Source of the DNA: Candidatus Borrarchaeum weybense
GTDB taxonomy: Archaea; Asgardarchaeota; Sifarchaeia; Borrarchaeales; Borrarchaeaceae
Assembly (NCBI GenBank): GCA_019057385.1
Contig: JAHQJS010000007.1
Span: 32,001 to 96,000, forward strand
Length of the DNA stretch: 64,000 nucleotides
Direction: 5' to 3'
In this document: in pieces, positions 19,050-27,393 of the stretch
Numbering within the stretch: position 1 is the stretch's first letter
Layout of the letters: each line of letters opens with the position of its first letter
Program-made: the position numbers and the translations under genes
Notes under the pieces: model-generated
Database searches by the model: none
What the model saw: the letters and a program-made list of their open reading frames with translations, nothing else
What the model was told of the DNA's origin: nothing

Positions 19050-20453
19050 ATTATAAACCGTCAATTAATAAAAACTTCAGTATGGATTGCTCTACTAACG
19101 GGTATAATTCTTTTATCTCCTCTATCAACATTTTCTGCTGATTTTCCAGAGGAACATCCTAATCCTATATCTGGAGTAACATATCGAATAGATTTCTATA
19201 ATCCTGATTATATTCAGTTAGACAAAGATTTAGACATGATGAAAGCGTGTGGTTTTACTATTTTGCGAATTGATGCTCCTTGGGTAGTTGTAGAACCTGA
19301 AAAAGGGGAGTTACATTTTGACGTCGTAGATGAGTTTATTGAGCGTGTGAACAATAAAGGATTTAAGATTTTACTTATTCTGGCGACTGGAGAGCCAGAA
19401 TGGGCAGGACAACTAATTTCTAGCGAGTTCAATGATAATGCTGAAGCATTTATTCGAAAAATTGTTGAACGATATAAAGTCTATGTTGATTATTGGCAAA
19501 TTGAAAACGAGTTAAATATGAGAGTATTTCCTACAAGATGGAACGATATATTTCGCTTCTATGAAAGAATGTGCAACACCGTCAGAGAACTCGATTCAGG
19601 TGCAAAAATCGTTTTAAATCTGAACTGTGACGTACCCTTGTGGTCTCATTTCATTAATTTGATTCGAAGTCTTGATTTTGACATTATTGGATTAGATTCA
19701 TATCCTGGAACTTATTCCGGTGCGCATCCGAGCATATGGGCTACTTATATCCGAGAAGCAGAACTTTCAGGTAAAGAAGTTATGATTACTGAAGCAGGTT
19801 ATTCAACATTTGATTCTCTCCATACTGAAAAAAAGCAAGACCAGTACGTTAAGGCATTATTATCAACAGTATCAGATTTCGACCTTGCTGGAATCTTATG
19901 GTTTGAATTCAACGATGAAACCTCAGTTCCAGTTTGGACATCAACTTCTATACAATTTGGTGCATTCAGTCCGCTTTTTGGAGAAATTGAACTTCATTTT
20001 GGATTGGTTAGGCTAGACCGAACACCAAAACCTGCCTTTACTACTATTAGCGAGTGGATATTGACTTCTAAAGAATATAATTCAAATTTAGCAATGCCAA
20101 CGATATTAATGATACTTTCATTTACATCCATTCTGGGAAGTAATGTACATTTTCCCTTCGGCTTAACTGCCTTTCTGTTTTTTATTATCCGTTCTGGAAT
20201 GGCAGCAGCTATGAAGTGGCGTGGAGCCAAATTAAGACCAACTCGCACATTTCCTTATATAATTATAGCTGCTCTTTTGACTATCCACTTGGGACTTTAT
20301 GCTGGTATTGGAATCTTACCTGCATGGTTTGTAACGCTTCCTTGGTGTGGTTTATTAATTTTAGGATATTTCTTAGGAATTAAAAATATTGACTGGATCT
20401 ACAATTTAGAGTTTAATGATACCTCATCGAGCTTAAAAGAGCCAAGTGAATAA
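19050..20453 (+). CDS. Membrane-anchored GH-A clan glycoside hydrolase (GH5/GH39/GH42-like) with signal peptide and C-terminal TM bundle
   Basis: WQIENELN acid/base, MITEAGY nucleophile, HFGL. The frame is open upstream of ATG 19236 through a signal-peptide-like stretch; GGAGG at 19039-19043. Confidence 0.8.
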   Translation: MINRQLIKTSVWIALLTGIILLSPLSTFSADFPEEHPNPISGVTYRIDFYNPDYIQLDKDLDMMKACGFTILRIDAPWVVVEPEKGELHFDVVDEFIERVNNKGFKILLILATGEPEWAGQLISSEFNDNAEAFIRKIVERYKVYVDYWQIENELNMRVFPTRWNDIFRFYERMCNTVRELDSGAKIVLNLNCDVPLWSHFINLIRSLDFDIIGLDSYPGTYSGAHPSIWATYIREAELSGKEVMITEAGYSTFDSLHTEKKQDQYVKALLSTVSDFDLAGILWFEFNDETSVPVWTSTSIQFGAFSPLFGEIELHFGLVRLDRTPKPAFTTISEWILTSKEYNSNLAMPTILMILSFTSILGSNVHFPFGLTAFLFFIIRSGMAAAMKWRGAKLRPTRTFPYIIIAALLTIHLGLYAGIGILPAWFVTLPWCGLLILGYFLGIKNIDWIYNLEFNDTSSSLKEPSE

Positions 20454-20585
20454 TGTTTATTTTGTACTCATTTTAAGACCATCTTAATCTCTTCTTTTTT
20501 ATAAATATATTTTGAAATATTTTTTATTTTGATAAATACATTAATTTTATATATTTGAAGAAATGTAATAGATAGTGGGATTACT

Positions 20586-21626
20586 ATGCATAAGAACTTC
20601 TACCTTTATACTATCACGAAAACTCAAGTTAGAATTGCATTATTAATAGCAATTATTAATCTAATGCTCGTTATGGGATCTTATACCTTAATTGGAATAC
20701 ATTGGACAGAAATCTTCATTATAACCTCCCCCCCAAGTCCTTCACTTTCCTATGTTGGACCTAATCTTGCTACCCCACTCTATTTTCTAGCAATAGTAGG
20801 AGGTCTGCTTCTTATTCAGAAAATAAGACAATGTGCAGCTACTGCAACCGAAAAAATTCCAGTACGTGAACTTAGAGCAACTGCAACTAATCAGATGAGT
20901 TTTGTTTATAATTCTTTAATTCCGGTCCTTTTTGGGATTATCTTCAGTGCAGGACACATTTTCTATAATTTATCAATAACTGGAGTCACTGTTACTAATT
21001 TCATATTTTATAATGTTTATAGTATCTTTCCTGACTTCATTCTAGGATATCTTGCTTGGTTTTGTGTAAGTAGTGTGTATTCCATTTTTTATCTTGGAAA
21101 TTTGTATATTAGCGAAAAAAAACCACTAGCGTCAGATGAAGCATTTGGATTTAGTCCACTTATACGCTTTGGGCTAACATCAGCTACTGCATGGGGTTTT
21201 GTGGGAATCATTATCTTACCTTTAATGGTCTATCTGCCAAAAGATCCGCTTTCAACTCTGCTTGTTTTTTCAGGAGTTAGTTTGTATGGTATCTCAGTCG
21301 CATTATTCTACTTTCTTCCTCTCCTAGGTGTAAATCGAAAGTTAATAGCATTGAAAAATGAGAAAACAGATATATTAACACAAGCATTATATGAAAGAAT
21401 TGATGCGGTCATGCGAGGACTGGATATGCGAATAAATATCCCAACAGATTATTTTCTTGAAGTTCTTGGACTAAATGTCATAAGCAACAGGGCTGAAGCA
21501 ATAAACGTATGGGGAATAAACTTAAAAAACGCAGGACGACTTGTTAGTATGGCAATTTTACCCATCTTATCTTATGTTTTGAAATATTTGATACAATTTT
21601 ATTTTCCTGGAATTCCGTTGCTTTAA
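20586..21626 (+). CDS. Polytopic membrane protein of unknown function
   Basis: About 7 hydrophobic segments; DEAFGFSPL loop. Confidence 0.75.
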   Translation: MHKNFYLYTITKTQVRIALLIAIINLMLVMGSYTLIGIHWTEIFIITSPPSPSLSYVGPNLATPLYFLAIVGGLLLIQKIRQCAATATEKIPVRELRATATNQMSFVYNSLIPVLFGIIFSAGHIFYNLSITGVTVTNFIFYNVYSIFPDFILGYLAWFCVSSVYSIFYLGNLYISEKKPLASDEAFGFSPLIRFGLTSATAWGFVGIIILPLMVYLPKDPLSTLLVFSGVSLYGISVALFYFLPLLGVNRKLIALKNEKTDILTQALYERIDAVMRGLDMRINIPTDYFLEVLGLNVISNRAEAINVWGINLKNAGRLVSMAILPILSYVLKYLIQFYFPGIPLL

Positions 21627-21993
21627 TTCAGCCAAGTGATATTTTATGCTCTAGTCTATTTTTATTCGAAATTAGGACTATTGCTTATTTTTTCATTGAT
21701 ATATATTTAGAGGTTCTGTCGAAAAAAAATGTCATTATTTGAGGGGAGATTTTTGTCGCCTTATTCTCCAGAGAAATTTCCTGTATTTAACAGTTTTAGC
21801 TAATTTTGACACAATAATATTAATTTAAATTATCATAAAAATAGTAATTTTTATAAATATGAAGTTACCTTGTAATATACTGAGTTCATTTAATTTAACG
21901 AACTCACCTAAGACACATCTCCAAAAGTATTCTTTTGGAAAACACATAGTGGGTGAAACCCCCCGCATGGGGGGGAAATGGGGTAAATACAAA

Positions 21994-23190
21994 ATGACTA
22001 TTCAAGAATTAGAAAGAAAACAAGACAAAGTTTTAGAAAAAACAAAGTCTTCTCTTGAAGGAATCTATGAAATACCAAAGCCAACTGAAGAACAATTGCA
22101 GCAGATGCCTACAGATCTGCATCGTAAGTACGCAGAAGAAGCTACACTCTACTCAGAGCATTTGTTTCCCTTAGCGTATACGACAAATGCTGTACTTATT
22201 GCTTTTAAAGTGGGAATTTTTGACGCCATGTCTAAGCCAATGACAATTGCTGAACTTGCAGAATATCTCGTTGATAGCGACAAGATCGAGTTAGATCCTC
22301 TCAATTTGGAACAGGAAATCGAAGTATGTAAGCAAAAGATAGGAGCATTGTTTGAGTTATTTTCTGCACCACAGCTTAAGATAGTACAGCAAGTTAATGG
22401 TGGACAGTGGGAACTAACTAGATTAGGGAGTTATCTACGAACCGACTCATCTGTAGGTATCGCAGTGGCTATGATGAACCTCACTGAGTATTACTCAAAG
22501 CCGTCGTTTGGTGACTATCCTCGCCATGTTTTTGGAACTAAGGCTTACGATGACATCGGTTCTCCAGAGGAGGGAGCCGTTTATACTGAACGTGTCCCTC
22601 AAAAAGTGAGAGCCGGATTGTTAATGTCGTTACCAAAATTTGGGGTAAACCTTGATGAAGGCGATCCGTTAGTACTCGACCTTGGATGTGGTGTAGGTGA
22701 TTGGCTCATCGAAATCGCCAAGAAACATCCTAATACTAAAGGAATAGGCTTAGATTACAACCTAGGAAGCTGCGAAATGGGAGCTGCGAAAGCCGAAACT
22801 GCTGGACTTGGTAGTCGCCTGGAATACAGACAAGTAGATCTAGCTACCGATAGAATTCCTCTAAGCGATTCTTCTGTCGATTTAGTGACTGCAATAAACT
22901 TTCACCACTTCTTTCCGAGATACGGCGATCAAAACGTTACGGATGAGATTTTTCGTGTATTAAAACCTGGAGGTAAATTCCTCTCAATTGTGCCATTATG
23001 TGATGGTGCAGACGACACGCTCATGCTCTCTACGCAAACAATGTTTCAATTTCTATTCAGCGGATTTACAGGCTGGCGTACAAAAGAACATCTCACCGAT
23101 ATCGCGCAGAAGGCAGGATTTAAAATCACAAAGTTAGTTCCTATGATTTTCCGAAGCCGTCAAGCAGTATTCTTTGCAGTTAAAACCTAA
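21994..23190 (+). CDS. Class I SAM-dependent methyltransferase with N-terminal wHTH/dimerisation domain
   Basis: VLDLGCGVG, GLD, FRVLKPGG. The likely start is MTIQELE at 21994; the longer ORF start lies in the promoter. Confidence 0.85.
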   Translation: MTIQELERKQDKVLEKTKSSLEGIYEIPKPTEEQLQQMPTDLHRKYAEEATLYSEHLFPLAYTTNAVLIAFKVGIFDAMSKPMTIAELAEYLVDSDKIELDPLNLEQEIEVCKQKIGALFELFSAPQLKIVQQVNGGQWELTRLGSYLRTDSSVGIAVAMMNLTEYYSKPSFGDYPRHVFGTKAYDDIGSPEEGAVYTERVPQKVRAGLLMSLPKFGVNLDEGDPLVLDLGCGVGDWLIEIAKKHPNTKGIGLDYNLGSCEMGAAKAETAGLGSRLEYRQVDLATDRIPLSDSSVDLVTAINFHHFFPRYGDQNVTDEIFRVLKPGGKFLSIVPLCDGADDTLMLSTQTMFQFLFSGFTGWRTKEHLTDIAQKAGFKITKLVPMIFRSRQAVFFAVKT

Positions 23191-23237
23191 ACAGGAATCA
23201 CGTTTTTTTTATTTAAAGTCTAGTGTGGTGATAATAA

Positions 23238-24407
23238 ATGGCACAAAAAACTAGAAGACGTAAAATACAAACTAAAAGAGAGGACGAAAACAAAAGCAAT
23301 CATGTTCGTGTAACAGAAGGCTTAGGCAACGGCCTTGCAATCAGTTTTCTGAAAGAGTACATAGAACCTTTCATTGTTACAGCCGAAATTGCTAATGGAT
23401 TAAAATGTGGTTTTTTCGATGCGTTTCAAAATAGTGGAGACCAATACGTTGCAACCAAAGAGGACATCATTGAATATACAACTAATGGTAATGGTATCGT
23501 AACGATAGACGACAAGGATAGTGTTTATGACCTAGAACAGTTCGCAAAGAAATTAGATGCATGGCTGGAATTAATGGAAACCTCGGATTTAATCTATCGT
23601 AATAACGGTTTCTACTGTTTACAGCCTCTTGCAGTTCATTTCAGAAACGACAAGAACGGGGTAATAAGGTCATTACTCAACGAATCATTTTATTGGACGA
23701 AAACACTGGATGAACGCCATCTTTCAAATATATGGAGTAGACATTGCGTAGATTCATTAATCGGGACACAGAAGTACGATTTTATCGAAAATCATCTCGA
23801 AGCATGTAGTAGCGTGCTATGTCGAGATATTCCACTGTATCTCGAAGAGTTCGATATACATCTAAAGAAAAATTCTATTGTATTGGATATTGGTTGTGGA
23901 ACTGGCTATTTTCTTGAAGAGCTTGCTCGCCTTTATAAAATCAGAGGCGTGGGACTTGATTTCAACTGGAAAGTAGTGGAAAATGGCAACAAAAGGCTTA
24001 AGAAGTTAGGTCTAGGTCGTATAATTAACCTGCGCTACATGGATGTAGCTAAGCAGAAATTGCCAGCCAATGACGATCTTGTGGACTTAGTATTGACCAT
24101 AAACTTGCATCAATATTTCAAACCTGAGCATTATGAGCATTTAACAAATGAGATCTATCGGATCCTCAAACCAGGTGGTACATACTTTTCTATAGTCGCT
24201 GTTGAGTTACCTGAGGAACATCCTTCCAAGAGATTATCGATAGGTATGCATTCGCAATTGTCAAAGATATTCACAGACTTTACAGAATTCGTAGATATGG
24301 CTCATATCAGAGAACTTTATGAGAATGCCGGATTCAATTTCAAAACCTTTGAGACTCTTCCGTTGTATGGGGGACATCAGGAGATTATTGTCGTCAAAAA
24401 ACCTTGA
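23238..24407 (+). CDS. Class I SAM-dependent methyltransferase, paralog of the upstream gene
   Basis: VLDIGCGTG, GLDFN, VDLVLTIN, YRILKPGG; same architecture as the upstream gene. Confidence 0.87.
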   Translation: MAQKTRRRKIQTKREDENKSNHVRVTEGLGNGLAISFLKEYIEPFIVTAEIANGLKCGFFDAFQNSGDQYVATKEDIIEYTTNGNGIVTIDDKDSVYDLEQFAKKLDAWLELMETSDLIYRNNGFYCLQPLAVHFRNDKNGVIRSLLNESFYWTKTLDERHLSNIWSRHCVDSLIGTQKYDFIENHLEACSSVLCRDIPLYLEEFDIHLKKNSIVLDIGCGTGYFLEELARLYKIRGVGLDFNWKVVENGNKRLKKLGLGRIINLRYMDVAKQKLPANDDLVDLVLTINLHQYFKPEHYEHLTNEIYRILKPGGTYFSIVAVELPEEHPSKRLSIGMHSQLSKIFTDFTEFVDMAHIRELYENAGFNFKTFETLPLYGGHQEIIVVKKP

Positions 24408-24487
24408 ACTTCACCTTATTTTTTTGTCTAGCACATTTTTTTGTGCATAAAAGCTACCGTCATTCTTTCTTTTCATTGTAATCAGAG

Positions 24488-25270
24488 TCATTTTGCATTT
24501 TTTTCATTTAAAAGCTCAGGGATAAGTTCTTCCAGTTTCTTAATATCTTTAAGTTCTATTAGATAATCTGGGATTAAGATTTTTTCTTTAAAATGCGTTT
24601 TGTCTGGCGTAAGGATGATTGTTTTCATTCCCAATTCCTTAGCTCCTAAAATGTCAACTTGTGGGTTATCTCCGACGTGAACGCAATTCTCAGGGGCTAC
24701 TCCAAGAGCTGCGCATATCTTAATAAACGGCTGTGTGCTTGGCTTCGTGTCTTTGGTATCTTCCCCAGGAATAATAATCGCATCAAAATATTCGACTAAC
24801 CCAGCGTCTTCGATTCTTTTAGCCTTCATACCCTCCAATCCATCAGTATCACTCATTAAACCAAGCTTAATGCCTTTCTGCCAGAGAGATGCCAGCAGAT
24901 CCTCTACTCCCGGAAAAATCTTGGATTCATCACTCACGGTCTGCCAATAGATAGTAGTTAGTTCATTAAGAGTGGATTCCGAAATTGATTCCGAAATATC
25001 TTTACTAAAATATCGTTTTACAGCTTCTTTCCACCAAATATTGCGGTTGTAAATGTGCTTTTCATTCATTTCACGTTCCATCAGTTCAATTAAGTTTAAT
25101 AGTACCTTTTCTTGAATCTCTCCTTGAATATTCAGGTACTTTAATAAAAAATCACAAACCTTTGAATGAGCAATATTTCTACGTGGATGCGACTCAACTA
25201 AAGTGCCGTCAAAATCAAAAATAGCAGCATATCTTTTTTCTGTGTTACTTGTCATCAAGATCTCCCTCAT
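24488..25270 (-). CDS. HAD-superfamily hydrolase
   Basis: FDFDGTL, KP, HVGDNPQVDILGA. Confidence 0.9.
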   Translation of the reverse strand: MREILMTSNTEKRYAAIFDFDGTLVESHPRRNIAHSKVCDFLLKYLNIQGEIQEKVLLNLIELMEREMNEKHIYNRNIWWKEAVKRYFSKDISESISESTLNELTTIYWQTVSDESKIFPGVEDLLASLWQKGIKLGLMSDTDGLEGMKAKRIEDAGLVEYFDAIIIPGEDTKDTKPSTQPFIKICAALGVAPENCVHVGDNPQVDILGAKELGMKTIILTPDKTHFKEKILIPDYLIELKDIKKLEELIPELLNEKNAK

Positions 25271-25401
25271 TTAAGATTAGTTAATTTCCATTTTATAGTT
25301 TCTCTGTAGTAGAGACTAATATTCTATTTTGAAAAACCGTCAACTTTTTATAGGCTTACGACATACTATGTAGACGTCAATATATATAGTAGTCTAAATA
25401 T

Positions 25402-26109
25402 ATGGAGGTCTACCGTTTGGTATGGTTCGGTAAAGGATTTACGAAAACTTCACACGGACGGATTAGTCCAGTCCAATTTATGATTCTCTTAATGGCGGAA
25501 AGAAAAAAAGAGGCTTACGGTTATGAACTTCTACAAGAGCTATCTGGAATCTTTAGCGATGTGTGGAAGCCAAAAAGTGGTACTGTTTACCCTGCATTGA
25601 ATTCACTTGAAGAAAGGGGCTTTCTTAAAAGCGAGAAGGTTGAACAGGAAGACAAGCCTGATAAAAAAATGTATAAGATTACACAAGAAGGCAGAGACAT
25701 CTTAAACGAAGTTTTTGATAGTTTTGAAGAAGAAGTTACATATTCAGAAGAATATGGTGCAAAAATGTTTGAGTATTTAGGGCAACATTTTGGCAGAAAA
25801 TTAGGTTCTTTATTTTCAAAGTTGTTTTTACATGAAGATATGGACGAAATCGATCACTGGAAAGGAAGAAAGCAGAAAATCAAAGAGAGAATGAGACATG
25901 AGATGGATCATAGACATCATCATATTGGTCCTTGGATGTGGATGATGCCTTGGATGAAATATCTTTTTTCGGGGGATGAGCTTCAAGATGATGACCGAAA
26001 GGAGATGTTAGAGCACTATAAAGCACGATTACAGAAAGAACTTGAGAAGATCAACAAAGAATTAGAAAAAATGGAAACTGAAGAAAACAAAGAAGAGGAG
26101 GTGGAATAA
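25402..26109 (+). CDS. PadR-family transcriptional regulator with His/Met-rich C-terminal extension
   Basis: YGYELL, WKPKSGTVYPALNSLEERG, KKMYKITQEG. Confidence 0.9.
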   Translation: MEVYRLVWFGKGFTKTSHGRISPVQFMILLMAERKKEAYGYELLQELSGIFSDVWKPKSGTVYPALNSLEERGFLKSEKVEQEDKPDKKMYKITQEGRDILNEVFDSFEEEVTYSEEYGAKMFEYLGQHFGRKLGSLFSKLFLHEDMDEIDHWKGRKQKIKERMRHEMDHRHHHIGPWMWMMPWMKYLFSGDELQDDDRKEMLEHYKARLQKELEKINKELEKMETEENKEEEVE

Positions 26110-26110
26110 C

Positions 26111-26311
26111 ATGTTTGGGATGGAACATATATTTCCAATATTCTTGAAGCATTTTCACTGTATGCCAGAAATAATGGAAAAGGAAGATTTTCCAGAACTA
26201 AAAAAAGATTTCTTAGAATTATATAAAAAACTCTTAGAGGCTCAGATTAAGCATATTGACAGAAAACTAGAAAAGATAGAAGAAGTAGCAGAAGAAAAGA
26301 ATGAAGCATAA
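26111..26311 (+). CDS. Small coiled-coil protein co-transcribed with PadR, similar to the PadR C-terminal tail
   Basis: GGAGG upstream. KDFLELYKKLLEAQIKHIDRKLEK resembles KEMLEHYKARLQKELEKINKELEK of the PadR protein. Confidence 0.7.
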   Translation: MFGMEHIFPIFLKHFHCMPEIMEKEDFPELKKDFLELYKKLLEAQIKHIDRKLEKIEEVAEEKNEA

Positions 26312-26350
26312 GCCTTTTCTCATCACTATTTTTTAACTGCATTTTTTTAT

Positions 26351-26608
26351 TATTTCTCCACAAGAAGACCCCTTCAACGTGTTGGGGGGATGAATTGCGT
26401 GTGTTACTTGTTTCACTTTCACGATACTCCCTAATCTTTAAATACGGTTTTGCAGAGATTCTAAGTAGAATTGAGCTGAGGTAACACTCGCCAGTTCTCA
26501 CATTCATATCACGTTCAGGGCAGGGACTGCCCGTAGAGCCTGTTTGACATGTCCTGCTGGGGAATGGATGATTCAGGAAGCCAGCCTACTTGTAGGGTGG
26601 TAGTTCAC
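26351..26608 (+). mobile_element. Non-autonomous IS200/IS605 derivative (left end, TATA, omegaRNA scaffold, right end; no ORF)
   Basis: Follows TTTAT. Left end CAAGAAGACCCC...GGGGGGATGAATTGC and the 3' ~90 nt (TCAGGGCAGGGACTGCCCG...GGGTGGTAGTTCAC) nearly match the tnpB element at 49326-50682. Confidence 0.9.
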
Positions 26609-26612
26609 TAAA

Positions 26613-27209
26613 TTAGATAATCTCAAGAAGATAATACAAAGCATTTCGCACATTCAATCCAGTGACTGCACTACAAGGTATAATTTTATCCTCTTCAATG
26701 TCTAAATACTCGCTGATATTTTCTAGGACTTTTGTATTACAATTTGAAAGGTCGATTTTGTTAAGACAGACTACGAAAGGAAGAGATAAAGCATCATGTA
26801 TTAATTCTATGATATCTCGGACTTTTGCTAAGTAACTCTCCGTCATAACTGTAGAATCAATTACCACAAAAACACCCTTAGCGCCTTTCCACCAAATACT
26901 CCATAGCGGCTGATAGTGTGTTTGCCCCCCTAATTCCCATAACATATATGACTGAGAATCGTCTTGCATAAAAACTCTGTAAAAGTCAATTCCAGGTGTA
27001 GGTATGTAGGATTCGCAGATAGTATCAAGATTAGCTGTGTTCTTCTTCTTTTTGACGCCATTAAATGCCGCTTCAATTTTTTTTCCAAAAACTGTTTTAC
27101 CTGCATTGGCAGGTCCCATAAGGAGCAGTTTTGTAACACTCATACGATTAAGTAATTTTGTCGGCTTATTTACCGTTTTGATCTCTGTTGTAAATGACAT
27201 AAAGCTCAC
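26613..27209 (-). CDS. Arf-like small GTPase (eukaryotic signature protein)
   Basis: G1 GPANAGKT, G2 IPTPG, G3 WELGGQ...PLW, G4 NKID, G5 CSAVTG. Confidence 0.88.
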   Translation of the reverse strand: MSFMSFTTEIKTVNKPTKLLNRMSVTKLLLMGPANAGKTVFGKKIEAAFNGVKKKKNTANLDTICESYIPTPGIDFYRVFMQDDSQSYMLWELGGQTHYQPLWSIWWKGAKGVFVVIDSTVMTESYLAKVRDIIELIHDALSLPFVVCLNKIDLSNCNTKVLENISEYLDIEEDKIIPCSAVTGLNVRNALYYLLEII

Positions 27210-27393
27210 ACACCTTTGTCAATTAAATTGATTTAACGTCATTTAAAAAGAGGTCAAGGTTCTGACGACAACGGAGAGAATTAACATTGATTTTTCGTCG
27301 ATGATGCTTTTGAAAAATAAAAGACTTATGTGATCTGTTCTTCGTTAGAAATTTTCAAAACTTTACCTAGAATCTTATATCGCTGAAAAGTCT

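Noticed and set aside
26247-26507. 86-aa minus-strand ORF
   Set aside because: It overlaps the non-coding IS605 cassette and the preceding gene, with no transposase (HUH/Y1) motif.
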